The notes below the pieces were generated by a model. That model saw nothing but the letters and a program-made list of their open reading frames with translations, made no database searches and was not told where the DNA came from. Below, one piece after another: positions 18,455 through 30,115 of a stretch of DNA of 64,000 bases (positions within the stretch are counted from its first letter, which is position 1; every line of letters begins with the position of its first letter). The DNA lies in assembly GCA_964491785.1 (NCBI GenBank), contig CAZBGS010000001.1, positions 232,661-296,660 of the forward strand, read 5' to 3'. The stretch comes from an uncultured Pseudobdellovibrionaceae bacterium (GTDB lineage: Bacteria > Pseudomonadota > Alphaproteobacteria > Micavibrionales > Micavibrionaceae). Both the position numbers and the translations under genes were made by a program.

Positions 18455-19366
18455 GTGATGACAAAAAAAGAAAATCCTGAGAACAACAAACCTCCCGCAG
18501 AAGAAGAACTCAAGGAAAAGGAAAGGTCTGGCAAGGATCTTTTCTCGTTATTAAAGGGTCTGCTGGTCAGCAAGAATGAAACGAGCCTGAGGGAAGCCTT
18601 CGAAGAATATTTCGAAGAGCTGGACGATAACATGGAGGGCACCATTTCCGCCCAGGAAAGGAACCTGATCGGCAATGTCCTCAAGCTCAGGGATCTTACA
18701 GCCGGGGACGTAATGATCCCAAGGGCCGATATCGTTTCAATCGAAGTGAATATTTCGAAAAACGAATTAATGAAGCTTCTGGCCGAAAAGCAGTTCAGCA
18801 GACTTCCGGTTTACAGAGACACCCTTGACGACATTATCGGCACAATTCACATCAAGGACATCCTTGCCCGGATGGCGACAGGGAAACCGGTTAAAATCAA
18901 AGAACTGGTCAGAGAGGTTCCGATAGTTTCCCCGGCCATGCCGGTTCTCGATCTGATGATGCAGATGAGGCTGAACCGCAAGCATATGGTTCTTGTCGTT
19001 GATGAATATGGCGGCATAGACGGCCTGATCACTATCGGCGACCTGATCGAAGCGATCATCGGCGAACTGGAGGATGAGTTCGGAACAGAAGTTCAGCCGG
19101 TCATAGAAGAGCTTCCCGACGGAAGCCTGAAGGCAGACGCGCGTTTTGATATCGATGAATTTGAAGAGCGGTTCGGTGAAGTTCTTTCCGAAGATGAAAG
19201 AGACGATATCGACACTCTCGGCGGGCTTGTATTTTCGCTGGCCGGGAGAATCCCTGCAAGAGGCGAGGTTCTGACGCACGACAGCGGTATGGTATTCGAA
19301 GTACTTGATGCCGATCCCAGAAGAATTAAATGTTTAAGGATTCGCAATATCCCTGATCAGGATTAA
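18455..19366 (+). CDS. corC: CorC/TlyC-family CBS + transporter-associated domain protein (Mg/Co efflux)
   Basis: The protein has a CBS pair plus a C-terminal CorC_HlyC domain, and it sits in the conserved ybeY-corC-lnt neighbourhood. Confidence 0.8.
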   Translation: MMTKKENPENNKPPAEEELKEKERSGKDLFSLLKGLLVSKNETSLREAFEEYFEELDDNMEGTISAQERNLIGNVLKLRDLTAGDVMIPRADIVSIEVNISKNELMKLLAEKQFSRLPVYRDTLDDIIGTIHIKDILARMATGKPVKIKELVREVPIVSPAMPVLDLMMQMRLNRKHMVLVVDEYGGIDGLITIGDLIEAIIGELEDEFGTEVQPVIEELPDGSLKADARFDIDEFEERFGEVLSEDERDDIDTLGGLVFSLAGRIPARGEVLTHDSGMVFEVLDADPRRIKCLRIRNIPDQD

Positions 19367-19408
19367 AATAGTCCAACGTCCGGATTAAAAACGGGAAGAT
19401 CACCGCCT

Positions 19409-20986
19409 ATGCGCCCTGATATCCGCCTTCACGGCCTGCCTGCATCTGCCCTGGCTGCTTTTGCCACCGGGAGCGTGGCGGTTCTGGCCATGCCGCCGTT
19501 CGGACTGTGGCCGGTAATGCTGGCCGCGGTCGCCGTCCTTTATATATTGCACAGCAGATCTATCCGGCCCTTACATTCCGGTGTGCTGGGGTGGGCCTAT
19601 GGTTTTGGCTATTTCGTATTCGGGCTTTACTGGATCGGGAACGCGCTTCTGGTCGACGGCAACGAATTCAGCTGGGCATGGCCGCTGGCCGTGGCCGGGC
19701 TGCCCGTTGTGCTGGCATTCTACCCTGCCGCGGCGCTGTATGCGGCCAAAAGGTTTTTCTCGGGGCAGGTTCTTTCCACGCTGCTCGCTTTCAGCGCCAT
19801 ACTTTCGCTCTCGGAATGGCTCCGTGGCAATCTGTTTACGGGGTTTCCGTGGAACCTGTCAGCATACGCATGGAAAGACGCACTTCCGATTGTCCAGATA
19901 GTATCCGTTGGAGGGGTCTATTTTTTAAGTTTTCTGACTGTATTCTGGGGTGCGTCGATTGGTTTTGTCTTGCTGCGGGATGCAGGCAGAGCCGCAAGGC
20001 TTGTTGTGTTTATCATATCCATGGCAAGTCTGGCAGCTACGTTCGGTTTCGGCGCGGCCAGGCTTGCCGGAGCCGACAGACAACAGGTATCGGGCCTGAA
20101 CGTCCAGATAGTCCAGCCCTCAATTCCTCAGGCCGAAAAATGGCAACAGGAGAAGATCTGGGATCATTTCAATACTCTGGTTGCGATGTCATATCCGCAG
20201 GATAATAGCGATGGCGATGAAGCAGTGACTTTTATAGTCTGGCCGGAAACAGCGATTTCCATGACCATGCTCAATGTTCCCGAGGCAAGGTCACTATTGG
20301 AGACAGCTTTATCCGCCCACCTCGGGCCTGCTTACCTTTTAACCGGAGCATTGCGGATAGAACCAGGCGAATCGGGCGAGCCGGATTATGCGAATTCGCT
20401 TGTCATCCTGGACAAGAATCTTGAAATTGCGGGATACTATGACAAGGCGCATCTGGTACCGTTCGGCGAATATATTCCTTTCAGGAAACTGGTTCCGTTC
20501 GGGCCGGTAGCTTCTTTTTCTGACATGATCGCAGGAAGCGGCCCGAAAAGGCTGACTGTTGGCGAAGGGTACTCCATAAGCCCCATCGTATGTTATGAGG
20601 TGATTTTTCCGGGCAAGATCACTTCACGTTCAAATAGCGACATTTTGCCGCATATCATCGTGAATGTGACCAATGATGCATGGTATGGAGACAGTACCGG
20701 CCCCCAACAGCATTTCAACATGGCCCTGTTCAGGGCAGTTGAAGAAGGGGTCTCCGTTATCAGGGCGGCAAATAACGGCATATCAGGAATAATAGACCCT
20801 TACGGTATGGTTATAACACGCATACCGCTAAACCATCGTGGCAGTACAATGGTAACCAACGTGCCTGTCACTGAAGTTCATACCCTGGTGTATCGCAAAT
20901 TGGGGTACTTGCTTTTCTGGGCGGCAATTGCATTCTTTCTGGCCTTTAGCCTTTCTTTGCAATACTCTAATAAAGGAAAATCTTGA
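19409..20986 (+). CDS. lnt: Apolipoprotein N-acyltransferase
   Basis: It has a multi-TM N-terminus and a CN-hydrolase domain (VCYEVIFPG, catalytic Cys), in the conserved position after corC. Confidence 0.85.
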   Translation: MRPDIRLHGLPASALAAFATGSVAVLAMPPFGLWPVMLAAVAVLYILHSRSIRPLHSGVLGWAYGFGYFVFGLYWIGNALLVDGNEFSWAWPLAVAGLPVVLAFYPAAALYAAKRFFSGQVLSTLLAFSAILSLSEWLRGNLFTGFPWNLSAYAWKDALPIVQIVSVGGVYFLSFLTVFWGASIGFVLLRDAGRAARLVVFIISMASLAATFGFGAARLAGADRQQVSGLNVQIVQPSIPQAEKWQQEKIWDHFNTLVAMSYPQDNSDGDEAVTFIVWPETAISMTMLNVPEARSLLETALSAHLGPAYLLTGALRIEPGESGEPDYANSLVILDKNLEIAGYYDKAHLVPFGEYIPFRKLVPFGPVASFSDMIAGSGPKRLTVGEGYSISPIVCYEVIFPGKITSRSNSDILPHIIVNVTNDAWYGDSTGPQQHFNMALFRAVEEGVSVIRAANNGISGIIDPYGMVITRIPLNHRGSTMVTNVPVTEVHTLVYRKLGYLLFWAAIAFFLAFSLSLQYSNKGKS

Positions 20987-21160
20987 CTAAATGCGCTCCT
21001 ATATACTTTTGTATATATATTAAAAAGTACGTGTTGCACTCAATTGTATTCAGGGTTATGACTGACCATAATCAAATCCAGAATGCTTTGGTGCCTCATA
21101 AAGCTGGAGACATTATCTTTTCCAGTTACCAGAGCGGGCTACAACGTATAAGATAATTCA

Positions 21161-21619
21161 ATGATGGAAGAAAAACAGAGAAAACGCGCGACGAAAACCA
21201 AAGGCAGCCCGACACATGTTGATCAGCATGTGGGCAACCGCCTGAGAAAGAGAAGAACTCTTCTCGGCTGGAGTCAGGAAAAATTGGCAGCTGCCGTTGA
21301 CGTTACCTTTCAGCAGGTTCAAAAGTACGAAAAAGGGCTAAACCGAATTAGCGCCAGCAGATTGTTTCAGTTTGCGACCGTGCTTGACGTTCCCATCTCC
21401 TATTTCTTTGACGAGTTCGCGGTCAAGGATCATCACGTGTTAAATCTTCCCGGACTCGCAGACAGCGATCAGGAAGAATTTCAGGGAAGCGACGTTTTCG
21501 ACCGCAAGGAGACTATCGAGCTGATCAGGTCTTACTACTCGATCGGAGATCCCAAGATGCGCAAGGATATCTACAGACTCATCAAATCCATGGCAGAGAA
21601 TATAAGCAGCCATAACTAG
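21161..21619 (+). CDS. XRE-family helix-turn-helix transcriptional regulator
   Basis: The HTH_XRE motif (LRKRRTLLGWSQEKLAAAVDVTFQQVQKYEKGLNRISASRL) is present. Confidence 0.8.
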   Translation: MMEEKQRKRATKTKGSPTHVDQHVGNRLRKRRTLLGWSQEKLAAAVDVTFQQVQKYEKGLNRISASRLFQFATVLDVPISYFFDEFAVKDHHVLNLPGLADSDQEEFQGSDVFDRKETIELIRSYYSIGDPKMRKDIYRLIKSMAENISSHN

Positions 21620-21723
21620 CCGCATTTCGCTTTTTTATGAATTGATACCTGGCCCTGACCGTTTATATTGAGTTACGGTCGAGGTTCAGGTATGTCTTCG
21701 ACCTTTATTAGGAAAGGCCTGAA

Positions 21724-22929
21724 ATGACAATCTGCACAGTTCTTAATATGCCGCAATCCGATGTCCTGAAGAATTACATTTTTACTAGCGAATCGGTTGC
21801 CGAGGGGCACCCTGACAAACTTTGCGACCGGATATCGGATTCGCTGGTAGACCTTTATATAGGCCAGGATCCTTTCGCCCGAACCGCCATCGAGACCGTG
21901 GCCACCACGAACTATGTCGGAATAATCGGGGAAACCAGGGGGCCGGACACCATCACCAAAGCAGACATTGAATCCACCGCGCGCCAGGCGATCAGGGAAA
22001 TCGGATACGAACAAAAGGATTTCGACTGGCGCAAAGTCGAGATCGACATACGTTTGCACCGGCAGTCACCCGATATCGCTATGGGCGTCGATGCCTCCGG
22101 AAACAAGGATGAAGGTGCAGGCGATCAGGGAATCATGTTCGGATACGCCTGCCGCGAGACAGATGTTTACATGCCTGCCGCGATTCATTTTTCGCATCAG
22201 ATTCTGCATTCACTGGCAATCGGGCGGCATTCCGGGGAACTTTCCGATCTGGGGCCCGACGCCAAGTCGCAGGTAACTCTGGAATATGTGAACGGCAAGC
22301 CGGTGCGAGCCGCTTCGGTAGTCGTATCGACGCAACACAGCGAGAAGCTCGACCAGAGAGACGTGAGGGAAATAGTGCACCCGCATGTATTGAAAGTCCT
22401 GCCAGAGGGCTGGATGTGCCCGGAAGAAGAGTTTTACGTCAATCCAACGGGGCGTTTCGTCATCGGCGGGCCGGTCGGGGATTCGGGGCTTACGGGACGC
22501 AAGATCATTGTCGATACATATGGCGGGGCCGCGCCGCATGGCGGCGGGGCCTTTTCCGGGAAGGATCCGTCGAAGGTGGATCGGTCGGCGGCATATGCGG
22601 CAAGGTATCTCGCCAAGAACATCGTCGCCGCAGGTTATGCGGATCAATGCACGATACAGCTTTCATATGCGATAGGGATCTCCAGGCCGATATCCGTTTA
22701 CATCAATACTCATGGCACCGGCACGGTGAGCGAGCAGATCCTGTCCTGCGCAATGCGCAAACTGATGGATTTAAGCCCGAGGGGCATACGGGAACATCTG
22801 GGACTGAACAGGCCGATATACGCGAGAACCGCCGCGTACGGGCATTTCGGACGCACACCTGATTTGGATGGCGGCTTTTCCTGGGAAAAGACCGATCTGG
22901 TTAATGAGCTTCAAAGAATCCTCGGCTGA
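21724..22929 (+). CDS. metK: S-adenosylmethionine synthetase
   Basis: Near the N-terminus, [20 protein letters not shown] matches the MetK signature (SESVSEGHPDK). The protein also has a [10 protein letters not shown]-loop-like motif. Confidence 0.9.
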   Translation: MTICTVLNMPQSDVLKNYIFTSESVAEGHPDKLCDRISDSLVDLYIGQDPFARTAIETVATTNYVGIIGETRGPDTITKADIESTARQAIREIGYEQKDFDWRKVEIDIRLHRQSPDIAMGVDASGNKDEGAGDQGIMFGYACRETDVYMPAAIHFSHQILHSLAIGRHSGELSDLGPDAKSQVTLEYVNGKPVRAASVVVSTQHSEKLDQRDVREIVHPHVLKVLPEGWMCPEEEFYVNPTGRFVIGGPVGDSGLTGRKIIVDTYGGAAPHGGGAFSGKDPSKVDRSAAYAARYLAKNIVAAGYADQCTIQLSYAIGISRPISVYINTHGTGTVSEQILSCAMRKLMDLSPRGIREHLGLNRPIYARTAAYGHFGRTPDLDGGFSWEKTDLVNELQRILG

Positions 22930-23623
22930 GCGACCGGAACGAAGGGTTTTCGGCAGAAGGCAGGGACGGCCGCTGAAGGCGTCCCGGCAAAATGTGCTGG
23001 AGTCCGCCCTTCCGCAACTGGCTTTGCCGAAGGATGATTTACGGGGCGGCGGCGATATCGATCCCGGAATATGGTTCGAGGTTCCGGAAAAGCCGCTGGT
23101 TATCGAGATAGGTTTCGGAAACGGCGAGCATCTGGCCGCCATGATGCGGGAATATCCCGAAAACAATTACATAGGAGCCGAGCCTTTCATTAATGGAATG
23201 GCGGCGTTTCTAAAGGAAATATCGAGCGAGGCGAAGGGCAATGTCCGGGTGCATATGGACGACGCTCTTCAGGTAATAAAATCAATCAGGCCGACAACTG
23301 TTGATGCCATTTATATTCTAAATCCGGATCCCTGGCCGAAAACCCGCCATCACAAGCGGCGTATCGTCAATCCTGATAATCTTAATGCCTTTGCCAGGGT
23401 AATCAGGCCCGGAGGCAAACTTGTAATGTCTACCGACGTTGACGATTTGGCTGAATGGATGCTGACCCACACTTTCAGACATCCCGCCTTTGAATGGAGC
23501 GCCGAAAAGCTTTCGGACTGGACGCGCCCTCCCCCCGGCTGGATAGAAACCCGCTATGAACAAAAAGGACGAGCACAGGGCCGGAGGCAAAGTTATCTGA
23601 TTTTTGAAAGAATTCAGGATTAA
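22868..23623 (+). CDS. trmB: tRNA (guanine46-N7)-methyltransferase
   Basis: The SAM-binding motif ([11 protein letters not shown]) and TrmB family core are present. The annotated 5' end overlaps metK, so the real start is probably further downstream. Confidence 0.75.
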   Translation: MAAFPGKRPIWLMSFKESSAERPERRVFGRRQGRPLKASRQNVLESALPQLALPKDDLRGGGDIDPGIWFEVPEKPLVIEIGFGNGEHLAAMMREYPENNYIGAEPFINGMAAFLKEISSEAKGNVRVHMDDALQVIKSIRPTTVDAIYILNPDPWPKTRHHKRRIVNPDNLNAFARVIRPGGKLVMSTDVDDLAEWMLTHTFRHPAFEWSAEKLSDWTRPPPGWIETRYEQKGRAQGRRQSYLIFERIQD

Positions 23624-23731
23624 CGTATTTCTAACATTCTCGTATCAGTCATGTCCGCGACGCGCCGGAAGGCGCGCTGATCTGCGGGTATCCGAAAAAA
23701 GCGTGCGGCGCGGGAGAGGGATTTTATCAGG

Positions 23732-24694
23732 TTATATGGCGACCTGCCAGACCGGGGACATTTTATGACTGATATGGATTCCGGAATACGGACGAACGTA
23801 CGCGCAGGGGCCTGCGGACAGACGTTCGGCAGCTATCCTGAAACGAGCGGCAATCCCTGATTCGCGCGACCCTTCGTGGAAAATCCCGTCGTCAAGAACC
23901 CTGCCCGCAGCGGCGGCAAAATCTTCAAGCGTATTATTGCGAACAACTTTCGCGACCTGCTTGCCGACCGCATAAACCGCTTCTGGCATGGCATCGTAGC
24001 TTTCATGGCGAATGGCTTTTATCTGGTTTACATCCATGGAATCAACTGCTGCCTGCGGCCATCCAAGCACCTCTTCTATTACCTGACCACAAGGCCAGCC
24101 ATACTTTTCCAGAATTTCGCCCTTATCATAATACATGACGGGCTGGGCGTAGCGAAAATCGGCACGCAACAAAATTAATTCAGAACTGGCAAACGCCTGG
24201 CGATTAAGTGTACTGGCAATTTTTTCGGCCTGCGGCTCTCCCCCTCCTGCGGCATGTGCAAGTTCGTGGCAGAATGAAAGGTGATGATGCTGAGACTGGG
24301 AAAAACAGCTATCGAAGAGCGAATCACAATTTGAACCCAAAGCCGATGTTAAACTAGGTGCAATGCTTGCGTGTGGTGCCCACAGTATGGCGCAGAAAGG
24401 CTCTATGTAAGCGTGCGGAGAATAATTGTCTGCAAACTTTTCATACTCGGGATGAAAGAAACGGTGACATTGGGGGCTATATTTCCTGATATCTTCAAGC
24501 GAGTCCGACAAGACATATTCTTTCAGTTCGCTGGCCATTCTAGCAGGTTCAAGATTAAATAGTGCCGCCTTCTCGCAAACAGAACTGCTCCTTGAGAACC
24601 TGCCGTCAGGAGAAAAAAAATTCTCAACGGCACGGAAAAAAGCATCTCTTACTTTGCAGGTATCTTCGTAATCTGCAAACCAGTCACGGATCAC
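23732..24694 (-). CDS. Hypothetical protein with HExxH motif (possible zinc metallopeptidase-like)
   Basis: The 320-aa protein contains FCHELAHA (HExxH) and is cysteine-rich. No family is recognised, and the local GC appears lower than in the flanks. Confidence 0.4.
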   Translation of the reverse strand: MIRDWFADYEDTCKVRDAFFRAVENFFSPDGRFSRSSSVCEKAALFNLEPARMASELKEYVLSDSLEDIRKYSPQCHRFFHPEYEKFADNYSPHAYIEPFCAILWAPHASIAPSLTSALGSNCDSLFDSCFSQSQHHHLSFCHELAHAAGGGEPQAEKIASTLNRQAFASSELILLRADFRYAQPVMYYDKGEILEKYGWPCGQVIEEVLGWPQAAVDSMDVNQIKAIRHESYDAMPEAVYAVGKQVAKVVRNNTLEDFAAAAGRVLDDGIFHEGSRESGIAARFRIAAERLSAGPCAYVRPYSGIHISHKMSPVWQVAI

Positions 24695-24981
24695 CAGAAC
24701 AGGGACACCGAACGGATCATCGTTTTTGCAATAATCATACAGATCTTCCAGAATTCCTTGGCCCTCGGCTTCGGTAGTCGCCTTTTTTTCTATGTTTGGA
24801 AATATTTTAACCTCCCTTTTCGATTATGTTTAATGGTTAATTTTCGGGCGATCAACCGTTTTGTTACGTAAACCACAAAGCTATTGATTTCTTGCCCGCG
24901 CCGGTATATATAAGCAACGATAAATATCCCGAATTTAAGATTTTGGGTGGGTTCAAAAGACCCGCCTTTTTTGTTAGGTAA

Positions 24982-25482
24982 ATGAAAGCAAGCGCGCTCG
25001 AAATCAAAGTTGCGGAAATAGTAAGGCCGGTTGTCGAAGATCTCGGCTTTCGCTTCGTATGGGTGCGGATCACCACGGAAAACCAGGGGCAATCAGTACA
25101 GATTACCGCGGAAGATCCCGAAACCAGGAGGCTGGGCGTTGACGACTGCGCACGGATCAGCCGGGCGGTGTCGGTCGCGCTCGATGTCGAAGACCCTGTT
25201 CCGGGGAAATACATGCTGGAGGTAACTTCCCCGGGCATAGACCGCATGCTTTTTACAGAACGGGATTATGCCGATTATACGGGCTTTGAGGCCAAGATAG
25301 AAATGGAAGCGCCTATAAACGGCCAGAAACGCTTTCGGGGAACCATCAGGAAAGTCGAAGACGGCAACGTGGTTATCGAAAGCGAGGGAAATGAATTCAG
25401 ACTTCCGGTGGACGCCGTTCGCAAGGCGAAGCTGGTTCTGACGGACGAATTGATAAATGCGACTTCAGGAAAGGTAAGTTAA
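24982..25482 (+). CDS. rimP: Ribosome maturation factor RimP
   Basis: The motif LEVTSPGIDRMLF is present and the gene sits immediately upstream of nusA. Confidence 0.85.
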   Translation: MKASALEIKVAEIVRPVVEDLGFRFVWVRITTENQGQSVQITAEDPETRRLGVDDCARISRAVSVALDVEDPVPGKYMLEVTSPGIDRMLFTERDYADYTGFEAKIEMEAPINGQKRFRGTIRKVEDGNVVIESEGNEFRLPVDAVRKAKLVLTDELINATSGKVS

Positions 25483-25486
25483 AAAA

Positions 25487-27022
25487 ATGGAACTGTTGCA
25501 AGTAGCCGATGCAGTGGCAAGGGACAAAAGCATTGACCGCGAAATCGTGATCGAAGCCATGGAAGAGGCTATCCAGAAAGCGGGCCGTTCCAAATACGGC
25601 CACGACCATGACATCCGCGCCCATATCGACCGCAAGTCCGGGGATATCGAGCTCAAGCGTTACCGCGAGGTGGTCGCGGACGACGCCGAGATCGAAAACG
25701 AGGCGGCGCAGCTTACCCTGTCTCAGGCCAGACGCATCAAGGACGAGGCGCAAATAGGCGAATTCTTCATCGACAGCCTGCCCCCGCTCGATTTCGGAAG
25801 GATCGCGGCCCAGACGGCGAAACAGGTAATCGTCCAGAAAGTCCGCGACGCAGAGCGCAAACGCCAGTACGAGGAATTCAAGAACCGCGCGGGCGAAATC
25901 ATCAGCGGCGTGGTCAAGCGCATAGAATACGGGAACGTCACTGTCGATCTCGGGCGCGCCGAAGCCCTTCTCCGCCGCGACGAGTGCCTGCCGAGAGAGC
26001 GTTTTGAAAACGGCAACCGGGTTCGCGCCCTGATCTATGACGTCAGGCAGGAGCCCAGAGGCCCGCAGATTTTTCTCTCGCGCACTCATCCTGAATTCAT
26101 GGCCAAGCTTTTCATGCAGGAAGTGCCGGAAATATATGACGGCATCATCGAAATCAGGGCAGTCGCAAGAGATCCGGGAAGCCGCGCAAAGATCGCCGTG
26201 ATATCAAGGGATTCGAGCATCGATCCCGTCGGGGCCTGCGTCGGCATGCGCGGCAGCCGGGTTCAGGCTGTCGTACAGGAGCTCATGGGCGAGAAGATCG
26301 ATATCGTGCCATGGTCGCAGGATATCGGCACATTTGTCGTTAACGCCCTGCAACCCGCCGAAGTCTCCCGCGTCGTTCTCGACGAGGAGAAAAAGCGCAT
26401 GGACGTGGCGGTTCCCGACGATCAGCTCAGCCTTGCGATCGGTCGCAGGGGCCAGAACGTTCGCCTCGCCTCGATGCTGACCGGCTGGGATATCGATATT
26501 CTTACCGAGGCAGAGGAATCCGAACGCCGCGCCGAAGAGTTCCGTACTCGCTCCGCCCTGTTCATCGAAGCTCTGGACGTCGACGACGTTATCGCTCATC
26601 TGCTGGTGGCCGAAGGATTCAGCAGGGTTGAAGAAATCGCGGAGACTCCCATTCACGAATTGAACGACATCGAGGGGTTCGAGGAAGAGATTTCCACGGA
26701 ACTGCAGAACCGGGCAAAGCTGTGGGTCGAGGAGAAGCAGCGAGAGCTGCGCGAGAAGCAGGAGGAGCTTGGGCTTCAGGATGATCTGATTACGTTCGAA
26801 GGCCTGCGTCCCGACTGGATCATGAAGCTTGGCGAAAACGGCGTCAAATGTCTTGACGATCTGGCCGATCTGGCGGCTGACGAACTCATCGAAGTTTTGG
26901 GCAGCAACAAGATAACCACCTCCCAGGCCAACGAGTTGATAATGCGCGCAAGAGAGCACTGGTTCGCCGAAGAGGCTTCAGAGGATGAACAAGCGCAAGA
27001 GGTTGCAAGTCCGGCAGCATAA
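25487..27022 (+). CDS. nusA: Transcription termination/antitermination factor NusA
   Basis: The protein has an N-terminal domain, S1, KH1/KH2 (GACVGMRGSRVQAV), and acidic C-terminal repeats. Confidence 0.9.
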   Translation: MELLQVADAVARDKSIDREIVIEAMEEAIQKAGRSKYGHDHDIRAHIDRKSGDIELKRYREVVADDAEIENEAAQLTLSQARRIKDEAQIGEFFIDSLPPLDFGRIAAQTAKQVIVQKVRDAERKRQYEEFKNRAGEIISGVVKRIEYGNVTVDLGRAEALLRRDECLPRERFENGNRVRALIYDVRQEPRGPQIFLSRTHPEFMAKLFMQEVPEIYDGIIEIRAVARDPGSRAKIAVISRDSSIDPVGACVGMRGSRVQAVVQELMGEKIDIVPWSQDIGTFVVNALQPAEVSRVVLDEEKKRMDVAVPDDQLSLAIGRRGQNVRLASMLTGWDIDILTEAEESERRAEEFRTRSALFIEALDVDDVIAHLLVAEGFSRVEEIAETPIHELNDIEGFEEEISTELQNRAKLWVEEKQRELREKQEELGLQDDLITFEGLRPDWIMKLGENGVKCLDDLADLAADELIEVLGSNKITTSQANELIMRAREHWFAEEASEDEQAQEVASPAA

Positions 27023-27122
27023 AAACCAGCAAATTCAAAGCGGCGGCTTTGAAAACGTGGAATGCTGGTGTATATGTTCTACCAGCGCTTTGCCTGCAAG
27101 TTTAAAACTGAAATGAGAGCTT

Positions 27123-29633
27123 ATGAACGACAGCACTGAAAAAGAAAAAAAGACGCTAAGTCTTGGCAAAGGTACTCTTAGCCTGAAAGGCTCGGCAGGC
27201 GTGCAGGCTCGCCAGCATGCCGGTCAGCGCGGCAAAGGCGGAGTGGCGGTCGAAGTTCGCCGCAAAAGAGTTGCAAAGCCTCAGGAAGAAGCAGGAAAGC
27301 AGCAGGACAGACTGGATGAGTTGCAGCATCTCACTCCGGAAGAAAGGCAGGCCCGCGCCAAGGCATTGAAGGATGCTCTGGCCGAAAGCGAACGCCGCAA
27401 GAAAGAGGAGGCTTTAAAGCAATCCGAGCAGGAGAATCTGCAGGAACAACCAGGTGACGCTGAATCCCGGCAGGAAGAGTCCTCCCAGCCGCTGCCCGAG
27501 GACGAGCTTCGCAGGCGTGAACTTGAAGAACTCCACCGGATCGAGGAAGAAGAGAAAAAAAGGATTGAAGAGGAAGTCGTTCTTGTTCAACAAAAAGAAG
27601 GACAGCATCAAACGGCTACCGAATTTGCCGGTCGCAAGCGTCATGAGACCGATGACGAGGAACTTTTGCGCGAAAAGGCCAAACGCGGGGTTAAAACTCC
27701 GGCAGCCAGAAAAGGCGGGGAAGAAAGACGTCGCGGCAAACTCACAGTTACCAAGGTCTTAAGTGACGACTATGAAAGAGATCGCGGGCCTTCCCTTGCC
27801 GCCCAGAAGCGGGCCAAGGAAAAGGCGCGGAACATGCTCAGAAACAAGGAGCCTGCCGCCAAAGTCTACCGTGAAGTGACCCTGCCGGAGACCATTACCG
27901 TTCAGGAACTGGCCAACCGTATGACCGAACGCGGTGCAGATATCATCAAGTCGCTGATGAAAATGGGGGTCATGGCCACGATAAACCAGACCATCGACGC
28001 GGATACCGCCGAACTGATTATTCTTGAATTCGGGCACAAGGTTCGCCGTGTTACGGAAGCGGATATCGAGATCGGACTCGCCGGTGAAACTGACAGCCAG
28101 GATAATATGATTTCTCGTCCGCCGGTTGTTACCGTAATGGGGCATGTCGACCATGGAAAGACTTCATTGCTGGACGCCTTGCGTCAGACGGATGTGGTTT
28201 CCGGCGAGGCCGGGGGGATAACCCAGCATATTGGCGCTTACCAGGTAATGCTCAAAAACGGGGCGAAGATCACTTTTCTCGACACGCCCGGTCACGCGGC
28301 CTTTACAGAAATGCGCGCCCGAGGCGCCAATGTCACGGACATCGTAGTTCTGGTGGTAGCGGCGGACGACAGCCTGATGCCGCAGACCGTCGAAGCTATA
28401 AACCACGCCAAGGCGGCCAAGGTTCCGATTATCGTTGCGATCAACAAGATCGACCTGCCCGCGGCAAATCCGCAGAAGGTCAAGCAGGATCTGCTTCAGC
28501 ATGAAATCGTTATCGAGGAAATGGGCGGCGACGTTCTTTGCATTGAGCTTTCAGCAAAAAAGAAGATCAATCTGGACAAGCTTGAAGAAGCTATTCTTTT
28601 GCAATCGGAAATTCTTGAGCTTCTGGCCAACCCGAACAGAATGGCCGAAGGCGTTGTCGTCGAATCGCGTCAGGAAGTCGGACGCGGATCGGTGGCGACG
28701 GTTCTTGTTCAGCGCGGGACACTTAAAGTCGGCGATAACTTCGTCGCCGGGGCCGAATGGGGTCGCGTGCGCGCCCTGCTAGATGATCGCGGCAACAGCA
28801 TTTCGGCGGCCACCCCTGGCCAGCCGGTCGCCATTATCGGACTTCAGGGTACGCCCGAGGCCGGAGACAAGTTCGTCGTGGTTCCCGGAGAATCGCGGGC
28901 CCGAGAGGTTTCCGAATACCGCCACCGCAAGCGCCGCGAAGCGCAGGCCGCGATTGCCGCGAAGAAACGCACCACACTCGAAGACCTGCTGGAGCAGGCG
29001 CGGGACGGAAAGAAGGCCGAACTGCCCATGGTTATCAAGGGTGACGTTCACGGCTCGGTCGAGGCGATTATCGGATCTCTGCTCAAGCTCACCGAAGAGA
29101 ACAGGGAAATCGCCGTAAATGTTCTGCACTCCGGTGTGGGCGGAATTACCGAGTCCGATGTGATCCTGGCGCGGGCTTCAGGAGGGGTAATAATCGGCTT
29201 TAACGTACGCGCAAATCCGCAGGCTCGTGAAATGGCCCAGCGGGATGGCGTCGATATTCGTTACTATAATGTTATTTATAATGTCATCGACGATGCCAAG
29301 GCCATTTTGAGCGGAATGCTTTCTCCGGAACTCCGCGAGGAATATCTGGGACAGGCAGAAATCAGGCAGGTCTTCAATATCACCAAGGTCGGCAAGGTCG
29401 CAGGCTGCATGGTCACCATGGGCGATGTCCGCAGGGGTGCAAAAGTCCGGTTGCTACGCGACGATGTGGTCATTCACGAAGGCAAGCTGAAGACGCTGCA
29501 GCGTTTCAAAGACGAGGTGCGGGAAGTCAAGGAAGGCATGGAATGCGGTATAGCCTTTGAGAATTACGACGACATCAAGGAAGGCGACGTCGTCGAATGC
29601 TTCGAGGTCGTCGAGAAGAAGCGCGCTTTATAA
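27123..29633 (+). CDS. infB: Translation initiation factor IF-2
   Basis: The G-domain motifs are [17 protein letters not shown] and NKID, and the N-terminus is long and charged. Confidence 0.9.
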   Translation: MNDSTEKEKKTLSLGKGTLSLKGSAGVQARQHAGQRGKGGVAVEVRRKRVAKPQEEAGKQQDRLDELQHLTPEERQARAKALKDALAESERRKKEEALKQSEQENLQEQPGDAESRQEESSQPLPEDELRRRELEELHRIEEEEKKRIEEEVVLVQQKEGQHQTATEFAGRKRHETDDEELLREKAKRGVKTPAARKGGEERRRGKLTVTKVLSDDYERDRGPSLAAQKRAKEKARNMLRNKEPAAKVYREVTLPETITVQELANRMTERGADIIKSLMKMGVMATINQTIDADTAELIILEFGHKVRRVTEADIEIGLAGETDSQDNMISRPPVVTVMGHVDHGKTSLLDALRQTDVVSGEAGGITQHIGAYQVMLKNGAKITFLDTPGHAAFTEMRARGANVTDIVVLVVAADDSLMPQTVEAINHAKAAKVPIIVAINKIDLPAANPQKVKQDLLQHEIVIEEMGGDVLCIELSAKKKINLDKLEEAILLQSEILELLANPNRMAEGVVVESRQEVGRGSVATVLVQRGTLKVGDNFVAGAEWGRVRALLDDRGNSISAATPGQPVAIIGLQGTPEAGDKFVVVPGESRAREVSEYRHRKRREAQAAIAAKKRTTLEDLLEQARDGKKAELPMVIKGDVHGSVEAIIGSLLKLTEENREIAVNVLHSGVGGITESDVILARASGGVIIGFNVRANPQAREMAQRDGVDIRYYNVIYNVIDDAKAILSGMLSPELREEYLGQAEIRQVFNITKVGKVAGCMVTMGDVRRGAKVRLLRDDVVIHEGKLKTLQRFKDEVREVKEGMECGIAFENYDDIKEGDVVECFEVVEKKRAL

Positions 29634-29654
29634 GCCGCATCGCCTGATGCAATT

Positions 29655-30047
29655 TTGAGGGAAAAGATGAAACAACGCAGTTCGGGAGCTTCGCAGCGTC
29701 AGTTGCGCGTCGGGGAGCAGATCCGCCATGTGATCGCGGAAACGCTTCAGCGCGGTCATTTTCATGACGAAGCGCTACTCGACGCGGGAAGGATTACGGT
29801 GACAGAGGTCAGGGTTTCGCCGGATCTTAAGCATGCCAAGACTTTTGTCATGCCGCTTGGCGGTTTTGACATCGAGAGCGTGCTGCTGGCGCTCAATGAG
29901 GCCGCACCCTATTTCCAGCAGGAGATAAACCGGAAGACGAGCCTGAAGTTCACTCCGAAGGTGCATTTCGTGCCGGATCCCAGTTTTGCGCAGGCCGAGA
30001 GGATCGAGACTATCTTAAGAAATATTCCGAAATCTTCCGACGGGTAA
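29655..30047 (+). CDS. rbfA: Ribosome-binding factor A
   Basis: The family signature RVGEQIRHVIAETL and its position after infB identify it. Confidence 0.85.
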   Translation: MREKMKQRSSGASQRQLRVGEQIRHVIAETLQRGHFHDEALLDAGRITVTEVRVSPDLKHAKTFVMPLGGFDIESVLLALNEAAPYFQQEINRKTSLKFTPKVHFVPDPSFAQAERIETILRNIPKSSDG

Positions 30048-30115
30048 ATCAGCCGGAGGATTGTTTTCGCGTTATACGAGAGGATGAGGGGGTTCGATTG
30101 GAAAATTACCGTCAT

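Noticed and set aside
24790-25247. ORFs 24790..25092(-) and 24864..25247(-) upstream of and overlapping rimP
   Set aside because: They overlap the well-supported rimP start and have no recognisable features. They are likely spurious.
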